From Vibrio alginolyticus NBRC 15630 = ATCC 17749 (GTDB lineage Bacteria > Pseudomonadota > Gammaproteobacteria > Enterobacterales > Vibrionaceae): a stretch of DNA of 32,000 nt. The notes beneath the pieces were generated by a model. That model worked only from the letters and a program-made list of their open reading frames with translations, was not told where the DNA came from and ran no database searches. Shown in pieces: positions 8,289 through 16,646 of the stretch (position 1 is the stretch's first letter; the number at the start of each line of letters is the position of its first letter). Position numbers and translations under genes: made by a program. Where the stretch lies: positions 1,170,001 to 1,202,000 of the forward strand of contig NC_022349.1 of assembly GCF_000354175.2 (NCBI RefSeq). The letters are read 5' to 3'.

Positions 8289-8591
8289 AGTACAACTAAG
8301 TACCTTAAATAAAATGCTCTTTTTCCCTGCTCTGATTATCTGGGCAGGGTTACTTACCCTTAAAAACAAGTAATTACCCCCCTCCACAGACAAGCAATAT
8401 CACATTATTTTCGACTTCCAACATACTCATCTTCGCCGTAAAATCTTGTACCAAACGCGACTTCGTTTATGTCTTAGATCTCCCATATCCTCTAATGCCA
8501 AAAGTAAGAAACTCGTAAACTCCTGAATCAAAACAAGCGTGCCTAGTGAAAAAAGAGTATTCTTAAAGCAAATGAATCTAAAACCTACCCG

Positions 8592-9923
8592 ATGAGTATT
8601 CAACCTAATTCCCGTCAGTTAATTTCATGCGAAGAGTGCGGCCTTGTTGTTCGCATTCCCGATATCGAACAGGGGCAAAAAGCACAATGTCCTCGATGTT
8701 CGCATTCGCTGACTAAAGTGAATGCCAAGCCTTACCAAAGCGTGATCGCCATATCATCGGCATGTTTGATCATGTTAGTGCTAAGCATTTCTTTCCCTTT
8801 TATGTCGTTCAGCGTGCAAGGGTTGTCGCAAGAAATCACCTTGTTGCACGCTGCCAAAATGCTGGCTGAGTTTCAAAATGTGCTTTTGGGTGTGCTGCTA
8901 CTCGCAACAGTTATCGTTTTGCCTGCAATCTATGTTGGTCTCATTCTCTTTCTTCACCTTGAAGCATTAAAAGCACGTAAACATACCCCCTCTAGAAAGC
9001 AGCAACGAATGGCAAAAGTTTTATGCCGTCTTCTGTTTCGAGTCGAACCCTGGTTAATGGTGGATGTCTTTTTGATTGGCGTGTTGGTCAGCTTAATTAA
9101 AATCGCTTCCCTCGCAGACATAGGAATGGGCACTTCATTCTGGGCGTTTTGTGTATATACCGTTCTGGTAGTCAAATGCATATCAATGGTCGACAAAAGC
9201 TGGCTCTGGGGGCACTTTATTCCAGCTATCGAGCTATCTAATGTAAAAGAGGGTGATACGCACCATAACCACAACCATATTGGTTGTCATACGTGTCACC
9301 AGCTCAACCCTATTGAAGCTAAAAAACACCAACACTGCATTCGTTGTAAAAGCCCTATTCACAAATACAACCCCGCAGACAACTTACAAAAAGCTTGGGC
9401 GCTTTTGTTTGCTTCAGTCATTTTCTATATCCCTGCAAACCTCTACCCTATGATGTACACCGTAAGTCTTGGACATGCAGAAGGTTCGACTATCATGGAG
9501 GGGGTAATATTGCTTTGGCATTTAGGTTCTTACCCTATTGCGATGGTAATTTTCTTTGCTAGCGTATTTATTCCAATGGCGAAAATGCTGGCACTCGCGT
9601 GGCTGTATTACAATGCGCAAAAAGCGCGATATCTTCCGCACGAAGAGAGTATTTCACGCTTAAAGATCTACCGCATAACTGAGTTTATTGGCCGTTGGTC
9701 CATGATCGATATCTTCGTCGTCGCGATCTTAGTTGCACTGGTTCAGCTGCAAAACTTAATGGCGATTTATCCAGGTCCTGCTGCGCTCTCTTTCGCGGCA
9801 GTGGTCATTTTTACTATGCTTTCTGCAATGATATTTGACTCACGTTTGTTGTGGCAATTGCCACAAAACGAAGTGCAGGAGCCGATTTCTGACAACTTAA
9901 ACGAGAAAGCCAAATATGAGTGA
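8592..9923 (+). CDS. pqiA: Paraquat-inducible protein A (inner-membrane component of the Pqi MCE transport system)
   Basis: Two tandem halves, each opening with a CxxC...CxxC zinc-ribbon-like motif (CEECG..CPRC and CHTCH..CIRC) followed by hydrophobic segments. This is the PqiA duplication. It overlaps the pqiB start by 8 nt. Confidence 0.9.
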   Translation: MSIQPNSRQLISCEECGLVVRIPDIEQGQKAQCPRCSHSLTKVNAKPYQSVIAISSACLIMLVLSISFPFMSFSVQGLSQEITLLHAAKMLAEFQNVLLGVLLLATVIVLPAIYVGLILFLHLEALKARKHTPSRKQQRMAKVLCRLLFRVEPWLMVDVFLIGVLVSLIKIASLADIGMGTSFWAFCVYTVLVVKCISMVDKSWLWGHFIPAIELSNVKEGDTHHNHNHIGCHTCHQLNPIEAKKHQHCIRCKSPIHKYNPADNLQKAWALLFASVIFYIPANLYPMMYTVSLGHAEGSTIMEGVILLWHLGSYPIAMVIFFASVFIPMAKMLALAWLYYNAQKARYLPHEESISRLKIYRITEFIGRWSMIDIFVVAILVALVQLQNLMAIYPGPAALSFAAVVIFTMLSAMIFDSRLLWQLPQNEVQEPISDNLNEKAKYE

Positions 9924-11562
9924 TGAGAACAACGTAACCGCTCAAATAAAACCGCAAAAGCAGATTTCTGCGATATGGATTGTCCCGATCCTTGCGCTAG
10001 CCATGGGAGCGTGGATGCTGTTCCAATATATCAACAGTACAGGCCCACAAATTACTCTCCAACTGCCAACCGCAGATGGGATTGAGGTTGGCAAAACCGA
10101 AATCCGAGCATTGAATGTAAAAGTCGGACTGATTACTGAAGTCACTCTCAGTGAAAATTACGATCACATCATCGCTAAGGCACAAATGAACAAGGATGCA
10201 GAACGCATGCTGCGAGATGACACCATGTTTTGGGTTGTGAAGCCTCGTATTGGCCGTGATGGCGTTTCAGGTTTAGAGACCTTGCTCTCTGGCGCTTATA
10301 TCCAACTTCAGCCGGGTAAATCTAAGATAGAGAAAGAGCGCTTTACGGTCTTAGATGTTCCCCCAGTCGCCTCTCCTGATGCAGAGGGGTTACGCCTTGT
10401 GTTAACACACCGCGAGGCTGGTAAGCTAGGCGTTGGTGACCCCGTCATTTATAAAGGCTTTACGGTTGGTCGTGTAGAGAAAACCAGCTTTGATGTTGAC
10501 ACTCGCAAAGCGTTATACCAACTCTTTATTTTCAAGCCTTATGACAGCTTAGTGCGCACTCGTACCAAGTTCTGGCTGAATTCTGGCGTAGATTTACAGC
10601 TCAACGCTGAAGGGTTCGAAGTCAAGTTTGGCTCATTAGAGAGCATGCTAACGGGTGGTGTTACCTTCGATACCGTTCCAGGTCTTGAATCCGGTGAACA
10701 GCTCACTGAAAATATGGTCAACTTCCGCTTGTACGATGATATTAAACAACTTCGAGAAGGCATGTACGATGATTATATTGAATTCGTTATGCTTTTTGAT
10801 GAATCGGTACGAGGACTTAAACGTAAGGCACCTGTCGAATATCGAGGCTTGAGAATTGGTACTGTGATGCGTGTACCAATGCGACTTCCAACCCCAGAAG
10901 AGAACTTTTCTGCGAAAAAAATCCCTGTATTGGTACGAATCGAGCTCGGCCGTGTTTATGGCGATTTCCAATCCCAATCTTTACCAATGTTAAAAGATAA
11001 ATTGAAGAGTGAGTTTGCTAAAGGCCTACGTGGTACTTTAAAAACAGGTAACTTATTAACAGGCGCACTGTATGTTGACGCCGACTTCTATCCAAACGAC
11101 GAGCCTTACGTACCGAGTAAGTTTGCTGATTTAGATGTTTTCCCAACCATGCGTGGTGGTTTTGCGCAGGTTCAGCGCCAAGTGAACGACTTCCTAAATA
11201 AGATTAATAACTTACCAATGGAAGAAACACTAGACTCTCTCAATTCAACGTTAAAAACGTCCGAAAAAACGTTAGCTTCAGCAGAACGCGTGGCGGACAG
11301 TATTGATAAACTTTTGAATCAAAAAGAGACGCAAGAGATCCCAACAGATATTCGCCAAAGCTTACAGCAATTACAAAAAACACTCGATGGTTATGGGCCC
11401 AACTCAACCATGTACAGCGAAATGGAAGCCACGCTAAAAGAATTAGAAAGCGTAATGACAGAGTTTAAACCCGTACTTAAACAGCTAAACGAAAAGCCAA
11501 ACTCTCTCGTGTTTGGAGAAGATGAAATCAGTGACCCAATACCAGTTAAAGGCAAAAACTAA
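9916..11562 (+). CDS. pqiB: Paraquat-inducible protein B (three-MCE-domain periplasm-spanning protein)
   Basis: N-terminal TM anchor (ISAIWIVPILALAMGAWMLF). It has blocks shared with E. coli PqiB as I recall it (FWVVKPRIGR.G.SGL.TLLSGAYI.LQPG, GDPV...G..VG.VE...FD, LRG.LKTGNL.TGALYVD.DFYPN, LNEK.N.LVF). A C-terminal coiled region is present. Confidence 0.92.
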   Translation: MSDENNVTAQIKPQKQISAIWIVPILALAMGAWMLFQYINSTGPQITLQLPTADGIEVGKTEIRALNVKVGLITEVTLSENYDHIIAKAQMNKDAERMLRDDTMFWVVKPRIGRDGVSGLETLLSGAYIQLQPGKSKIEKERFTVLDVPPVASPDAEGLRLVLTHREAGKLGVGDPVIYKGFTVGRVEKTSFDVDTRKALYQLFIFKPYDSLVRTRTKFWLNSGVDLQLNAEGFEVKFGSLESMLTGGVTFDTVPGLESGEQLTENMVNFRLYDDIKQLREGMYDDYIEFVMLFDESVRGLKRKAPVEYRGLRIGTVMRVPMRLPTPEENFSAKKIPVLVRIELGRVYGDFQSQSLPMLKDKLKSEFAKGLRGTLKTGNLLTGALYVDADFYPNDEPYVPSKFADLDVFPTMRGGFAQVQRQVNDFLNKINNLPMEETLDSLNSTLKTSEKTLASAERVADSIDKLLNQKETQEIPTDIRQSLQQLQKTLDGYGPNSTMYSEMEATLKELESVMTEFKPVLKQLNEKPNSLVFGEDEISDPIPVKGKN

Positions 11563-12140
11563 TGAAACGAGTATTCTTTCTGTCTATCGCGCTATTTGTC
11601 GGTCTAACGGGTTGCAGTAGCGCTCCGCAAACTAAAGGAGCTATGTACCTTCTACCTAAGGCGGAACCAGTGACGCTGAGCTCTTCTGATATCGCTCAGC
11701 GCCCAACTTTAGTTGTTCGTCCAGTGACATTGGCGAGTTATTTGAATGATAATGGCATTGTTTATCGAACCTCTGAGACCCAAGTTATTCAGGCGAAGCA
11801 CAATCAATGGGCGCACAGTATTTCTGAGCAAATCACTCAGAGAGTCGTCGCGGAACTACGTCACAAGCAAAGTCATTACTGGCCGACTGAAATGAATAAT
11901 CTGTTGGATCAAAGCGGTGAAGCCAAACTCCAGCTTACGTTAAATAAATTTAATGGCAGCTACAAAGGTAATATCGAAATTGAGGGGGAATGGTTACTCA
12001 TTAATGCCGAAGGTAAGGTAGAAAACAGCGCGCCAATACAAATCTCTCAGCCGCTTCAAGATGAGGGCTATGAAGCGCTCGTCAACGCTTTATCCATAGG
12101 CTTAGAAAGCCTAACCTCAGACATTGCCAAACAACTCTAA
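11562..12140 (+). CDS. pqiC: PqiC (YmbA) outer-membrane-associated lipoprotein of the Pqi system
   Basis: Lipobox LTGC at aa 15-18. The start overlaps the pqiB stop (TAATG). It has about the size of E. coli YmbA and shared blocks (YLLP, NGIVYRTSE, F.G.Y.G...I.GEWLL). Confidence 0.85.
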   Translation: MKRVFFLSIALFVGLTGCSSAPQTKGAMYLLPKAEPVTLSSSDIAQRPTLVVRPVTLASYLNDNGIVYRTSETQVIQAKHNQWAHSISEQITQRVVAELRHKQSHYWPTEMNNLLDQSGEAKLQLTLNKFNGSYKGNIEIEGEWLLINAEGKVENSAPIQISQPLQDEGYEALVNALSIGLESLTSDIAKQL

Positions 12141-12156
12141 GTCAATGTTAATTACA

Positions 12157-12181
12157 GGGAAGCAAGTTGCTTCCCTTTTTT
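12157..12181 (+). terminator. Rho-independent terminator after pqiC
   Basis: GGGAAGC-loop-GCTTCCC followed immediately by TTTTTTAT. Confidence 0.85.
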
Positions 12182-12242
12182 ATGCAGAGTGTAGCGACTT
12201 CTACTAAGCTGAAAGCTGACGAAAAGCCGAAAAGGAAATTGG

Positions 12243-13016
12243 ATGAAACCATGTAACCTGCTATCACTCTCCTCACTCATTCTTGTATTACCTACATCAG
12301 TAGCGCTCTCAGCTGAGACACAAGAATCTCGTTGGCGAAATAGCATAGAAGTGTACATGCTAGGACTGAATATCCACGGGGATACCAGTATTGGTCGCTT
12401 TTCATCAGAGGTGGATGTCGATCCTAAGTTCATCGTAGACCACCTCGATATTGGGGCGATGTTGCGATTCGAGAGTATTTACCAAAGTAAGTGGGGCTAC
12501 TACATAGATTATAGTTTCATGAACTTAAGTGGTGATGTTAATAATATCAAGGGCGCTCTGCCTAACGCTCGTTATCGTGCGGACATCGAAATACGGCAAG
12601 GTGTTCTAGAAGCAAAGGCATTCCAACGCGAACAATATTCATTTGGTAAACTGGATTATATGTTTGGATTACGTTGGTGGGACAATGACATCACCGGCAA
12701 GCTGTATCGTAATGACAACCGGGTACTAGAAGATAGACTGTCATTACAAGAAGATTGGGTCGATTTTTTAGTTGGCTTGCGACTCATTGATGAATTGAGT
12801 GAAAACTGGCGATTTCATGCCAGTATCGACGCCGGACTTGGCAACGATACTCACTTCACTTATGCCATTCAAACTGGTGTTCGTTATCGCTTTAACGAAT
12901 GGTCTGATCTCAACTTAGCTTACAAGTCGACCTGGGTCGATTACAAAAATGAAGAGGTATTTGAATATGATACGGCTTCTCAAGGGCTTTTAGTCGGACT
13001 TGGCTTTTACTTTTGA
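12243..13016 (+). CDS. Uncharacterised outer-membrane beta-barrel protein (257 aa)
   Basis: Signal peptide with an ALSA/ET cleavage-like site. Alternating amphipathic strands are rich in aromatic girdle residues. The C-terminal beta-signal ends in ...GLLVGLGFYF (terminal Phe). AAGGA lies 8 nt upstream of the ATG. I could not recognise a family. Confidence 0.7.
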   Translation: MKPCNLLSLSSLILVLPTSVALSAETQESRWRNSIEVYMLGLNIHGDTSIGRFSSEVDVDPKFIVDHLDIGAMLRFESIYQSKWGYYIDYSFMNLSGDVNNIKGALPNARYRADIEIRQGVLEAKAFQREQYSFGKLDYMFGLRWWDNDITGKLYRNDNRVLEDRLSLQEDWVDFLVGLRLIDELSENWRFHASIDAGLGNDTHFTYAIQTGVRYRFNEWSDLNLAYKSTWVDYKNEEVFEYDTASQGLLVGLGFYF

Positions 13017-13222
13017 TCAGGTGAAACCCTAGCCTATATTCAAGCGTTGTAACGTGTACTAGCTCTAGGTACACGTCTAGTGCCGCGTTACAGATGCTTA
13101 AATAAGGCAAATTGATCTTCATCAGACTATAAATTGCTCTTCGGTGTTACTCTCTGTCGCAAAATATAAAACCCCACTCTATGACCTCATATAGGTCTTG
13201 TTGATAAGGTTCCCGAGTAGCA

Positions 13223-13462
13223 ATGTCGATTAACATTTCCGATTTAACCACCGCCCTAAATAAGGTGGAGCATATTCATAAAGTGCAGCTTGAAAACGTA
13301 CATCAGTTCTTCAAAGCAAACGAAGCTTTCTCGTTGCAAACATTCAGCCAGCTGATATCCAGCGACTCGCTTGATGATCGATTTAAAACCATCGATAAAG
13401 CGTTCTCTTTGCTTGGTGATGCAAAAACCTACCTTTTAGAAGTGTCTTACCTTGTTAAGTAA
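13223..13462 (+). CDS. Hypothetical 79-aa soluble, predicted all-helical protein
   Basis: This is the only long ORF in a 500-nt gap, and it ends 8 nt before a good hairpin terminator. It has no signal peptide or TM segment. The SD is weak (GAG). I do not recognise the sequence. Confidence 0.45.
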   Translation: MSINISDLTTALNKVEHIHKVQLENVHQFFKANEAFSLQTFSQLISSDSLDDRFKTIDKAFSLLGDAKTYLLEVSYLVK

Positions 13463-13469
13463 AAAAGAA

Positions 13470-13497
13470 AGCCCCGATAAAATTCATTACCGGGGCT
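13470..13497. terminator. Bidirectional terminator shared by the convergent 79-aa ORF and the binding-protein gene
   Basis: AGCCCCG-N14-CGGGGCT. It is flanked by an A-run (AAAAAAGAAA) on the left, which reads as a T-run on the minus strand, and by ATCATTTTC on the right. Confidence 0.75.
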
Positions 13498-13522
13498 ATC
13501 ATTTTCTATCTAAACTACTGAT

Positions 13523-15361
13523 TTACAATTTGTAACGATCATCAATTACCGTTAATTCTGGGAAGGTTTTACCCTCGTCCATCGCTTCTTCTGTCTCTTC
13601 TTTTACTTGGTTATCAATCCAGAAATTACCGATATCCATTGGATGAAGCACCCATTCTGTCGCTTTTGTCATGCCGTTTTTAGGAATTTTAACCCAGCGC
13701 CAATGAGCAACTCGAGAATAAGGCACCATGTAGCCAGGAACGATGATATTCGCTTTGCTGACATAGTTTTGGATTTGATGCGACAAGTCGTAACGCTTCT
13801 CCTGATCAAACTCAGAATCATACGCTTCAATTAACTTGTCTAGCTCAGGGCTGCTGTAGTTGGTGTGAGCATTCGTTTGTGGTCGATTTGCATTATCCGA
13901 GTGTAGGTATTCCCAATACGCAGGGATCTCACCAGAGCCCATATTCAAAAACGCTAGCTGATGCTTTTTCTCAAGAATGTATTTAAACGCAGATGAGCCA
14001 TCCACCAAGTTTAACGTGAACTCAAGACCAGCAAGTTTCGCTTGCTCTTTCAGGTATGCAATACGCGGTGTCCAAGAGTTGTATCCGTAGGTGATAGCAA
14101 AGCTCAAGCGTTGGCCCTTGTCGTTAACACGAATACCATCTGCGCCCACTTTGTCAAAGCCCGCTTTTTCGAAGTGTTTAACCGCCGCATCAGCATCAAA
14201 CTTTGGCGGTGTATTGTTAGGATCATCGTATTCGCCATGACCAAAGCCGAGTCCATGCGGTTTACGTGAATAATCTCCACGCATGATGTTTTCAATCATG
14301 CCGTCATAGTCAGTGGCTGCCATAACACCTTTACGCACTTCTAGGTTATCCAACATCGGCATCGCTGTGTTCATCCAAAGACCACCTGCTCCTTGCGGTG
14401 CTTCGTTAAAGCCCCAGTACTTTTGGATATAGCCTTTTTTGTACACATCACTATTGGTTTTGTCATGCCAAAAGCTTGGTAGCACCATCTCAAAGTAGTC
14501 TAAGTTGCCTTTCTCAAAGTGCTTCATGGCAATATCAGGATCGCGAATCACCTTAATGCGAACCTTTTCAACGTTATAACGGTTTTTATAGTAGCGGTTG
14601 TTGTATCCCCACCAATCTTCACCGACATGTTTGAATGTCACGCTCTTACCTTTCTTCACTTGATCAATGTAGTAAGGCGCTGCGGTTGGCTCAGATTTAA
14701 AGTTAAACTTTCTGACGAAGTTATCAGGCATGCCATCGTTATTTGCGTCCTTTTCTCCTTCAAAGAAGTGTTCAGGACGAGGCTGAAAACCATTACTTGG
14801 CATGTTAATCATAACCATAAGTGAGTCATGACTTTGAGCTACAGCAAGATTGACTTTGATCGTGTAGTCATCAATTTTTTCAACACTCACAATACTGTTT
14901 GTGAAGAAGTCGTTATACCACGGGTCGATAATGTCTTTTGACGTGTAGTACTTCATCATAAAGACGTAATCATCTGCTGTAATTTTTTCACCATCTGACC
15001 ACTCGGCCGTTTCGTCGAGTTTAAAGAATACGGTTTTGTTGTCCTCTCCAAATGCCCATGACTTAGCAAGTTGAGGGATCCATTTGCCAGTATTTGGATG
15101 ACGCTGAGCCAGTTTTGGTGAACCATCCATTAAGTATTGGCGCAAACCTGAGTTCGCATCTGGACCAACACTTCGTAATGTTTGCGGAAAGCTCTGAATG
15201 TAAGTGCGATAGGTGCCACCTCGTACCGCTTCTTCAGAGGCAAATAGAGGTTCGTTGTTGTTTGAAATCCATTCGATATCAGCTGGCAATTCTGCCGCAC
15301 TCAGTTGAAAACTGGCAGCGGTCAGTGTTGCTAGTACTGAAAATGGCAGTTTTTTAGTCAT
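13523..15361 (-). CDS. ABC-transporter family-5 periplasmic solute-binding protein, YejA-like (orphan)
   Basis: Sec signal MTKKLPFSVLATLTAASFQLSAA. At 612 aa it is Trp/Tyr-rich and has the layout of the large YejA/oligopeptide-type binding proteins (e.g. ...HWRWVKIP... and ...NFWID... near the C-terminus, like YejA ...LAWWDKF..., ...TWWYD...). No permease or ATPase genes follow it; a terminator and a convergent gene follow instead. Confidence 0.75.
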   Translation of the reverse strand: MTKKLPFSVLATLTAASFQLSAAELPADIEWISNNNEPLFASEEAVRGGTYRTYIQSFPQTLRSVGPDANSGLRQYLMDGSPKLAQRHPNTGKWIPQLAKSWAFGEDNKTVFFKLDETAEWSDGEKITADDYVFMMKYYTSKDIIDPWYNDFFTNSIVSVEKIDDYTIKVNLAVAQSHDSLMVMINMPSNGFQPRPEHFFEGEKDANNDGMPDNFVRKFNFKSEPTAAPYYIDQVKKGKSVTFKHVGEDWWGYNNRYYKNRYNVEKVRIKVIRDPDIAMKHFEKGNLDYFEMVLPSFWHDKTNSDVYKKGYIQKYWGFNEAPQGAGGLWMNTAMPMLDNLEVRKGVMAATDYDGMIENIMRGDYSRKPHGLGFGHGEYDDPNNTPPKFDADAAVKHFEKAGFDKVGADGIRVNDKGQRLSFAITYGYNSWTPRIAYLKEQAKLAGLEFTLNLVDGSSAFKYILEKKHQLAFLNMGSGEIPAYWEYLHSDNANRPQTNAHTNYSSPELDKLIEAYDSEFDQEKRYDLSHQIQNYVSKANIIVPGYMVPYSRVAHWRWVKIPKNGMTKATEWVLHPMDIGNFWIDNQVKEETEEAMDEGKTFPELTVIDDRYKL

Positions 15362-15364
15362 GTT

Positions 15365-15407
15365 TCTTCCTTGTTGTGTTTGCGCACTAAGGTCGTAACA
15401 AGGAAGA
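15365..15407 (-). promoter_or_regulatory. SD-sequestering hairpin in the 5' leader of the binding-protein gene
   Basis: mRNA sense: 5'-UCUUCCUUGUU-(21-nt loop)-AACAAGGAAGA-AAC-AUG. An 11-bp perfect stem joins 15397-15407 with 15365-15375. Its 3' arm contains the only SD (AAGGAAG) and ends 3 nt before the start codon. Confidence 0.6.
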
Positions 15408-15810
15408 CAGCGTGTGAAAGCTCACAGAAAGCTGCGATTTAAAATACGCAGATAGGAAATAATAGGAACGTAATATGAAGTGACGTCCTGCCAGCTTCTA
15501 TATTAATTTCAAAGAGTTTCACTAGGTCATCCTAGACCTTACAACGCAGTGAATGCATCTTCGCCATAGTATTCTTTAGATATTTGTAACGCAAGCCATC
15601 AATAACACATGATTGCATTTTCGAGGCATCACAGTGAGTTATGTTACAAAAGTGTGATCAGCATAGTACCAAGCCCTACTTTACTCAGAATAAACCGCAG
15701 AACCTTTATCTCAATTGGCCCCGATATACCAGTTACAGCGAGTAAATGATCAGACATAGCTGGTTAAAAGGAATGGTTGTTTACCGCGATCAGTATTTTC
15801 ATTCGATATA

Positions 15811-15838
15811 AAAAGTGAGGCATCTTAGCCTCACTTTT
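15811..15838 (-). terminator. Rho-independent terminator after pyrF (also terminator-shaped on the + strand)
   Basis: AAAAGTGAGG-N8-CCTCACTTTT, a 10-bp stem including the flanking A/T runs, 23 nt past the pyrF stop. Confidence 0.8.
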
Positions 15839-15860
15839 CTCCATACAATCGAGACAGTGC

Positions 15861-16562
15861 TTACATTTTAGATAAGCTCTCATTGATCGACTTCAGCACT
15901 TCTGCAGGATTTGACGCTTGAGTGATAGGGCGACCAATCACAAGATAATCTGAACCTGATTGGATAGCGTCTACTGGCGTCATGATACGGCGTTGGTCAC
16001 CTTGTTCTGAACCAGCAGGTCGAATACCAGGGGTCACTAATTTAAATTCTTGGCCTAGTTCGCTCTTCAGTAGTGAGGACTCTTGCGCTGAACATACGAC
16101 ACCATCTAAGCCCGCGTTTTTGGTCAAGGTTGCTAGACGAATCACTTGCTCCTGAGGCGCAACATTCAAACCAATACCAGCTAAATCACTTTGTTCCATA
16201 CTGGTTAGTACCGTTACACCGATAAGAAGTGGACGATCTTTACCATATGGCTCAAGAATTTCACGTGATGCCGTCATCATACGCTCACCACCGCTCGCGT
16301 GTACGTTCACCATCCATACACCCATTTCAGCCGCAGCGCGAACTGCTTTCGAACAGGTGTTTGGAATATCGTGAAATTTTAAATCTAGGAATACCGAGAA
16401 ACCACGTTTATGGAGTTCACGTACAAAATCAGGACCAAATAGCGTAAACATCTCCTTGCCAACTTTTAGTCGGCATGACGCAGGATCAATTCTATCTACA
16501 AACGCAAGTGCATCTGCTTGGTTATCATAATCCAGTGCGACAATAACTTTTTGGTCGATCAT
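15861..16562 (-). CDS. pyrF: Orotidine-5'-phosphate decarboxylase
   Basis: [53 protein letters not shown] is essentially identical to E. coli PyrF as I recall it. Confidence 0.95.
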   Translation of the reverse strand: MIDQKVIVALDYDNQADALAFVDRIDPASCRLKVGKEMFTLFGPDFVRELHKRGFSVFLDLKFHDIPNTCSKAVRAAAEMGVWMVNVHASGGERMMTASREILEPYGKDRPLLIGVTVLTSMEQSDLAGIGLNVAPQEQVIRLATLTKNAGLDGVVCSAQESSLLKSELGQEFKLVTPGIRPAGSEQGDQRRIMTPVDAIQSGSDYLVIGRPITQASNPAEVLKSINESLSKM

Positions 16563-16603
16563 TTCATCTCCTAACTGTTTTGGTTCTTATTAAATAAAAA
16601 GTT

Positions 16604-16640
16604 AAAAAAATGCAGCGGACAGAAACTCTGCCAGCTGCAT
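16604..16640 (-). terminator. Hairpin plus T-run between lapB and pyrF (terminator or attenuator)
   Basis: Minus-strand reading: TGCAGCTGGCAG-AGTTT-CTGTCCGCTGCA followed by TTTTTTT. The stem has two mismatches. Confidence 0.55.
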
Positions 16641-16646
16641 TAAGAA

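Noticed and set aside
15654-15767. 37-aa minus-strand ORF (MSDHLLAVTGISGPIEIKVLRFILSKVGLGTMLITLL) in the pyrF/binding-protein spacer
   Set aside because: It has no SD and no recognisable features. I mention it only under the unassigned-spacer finding.
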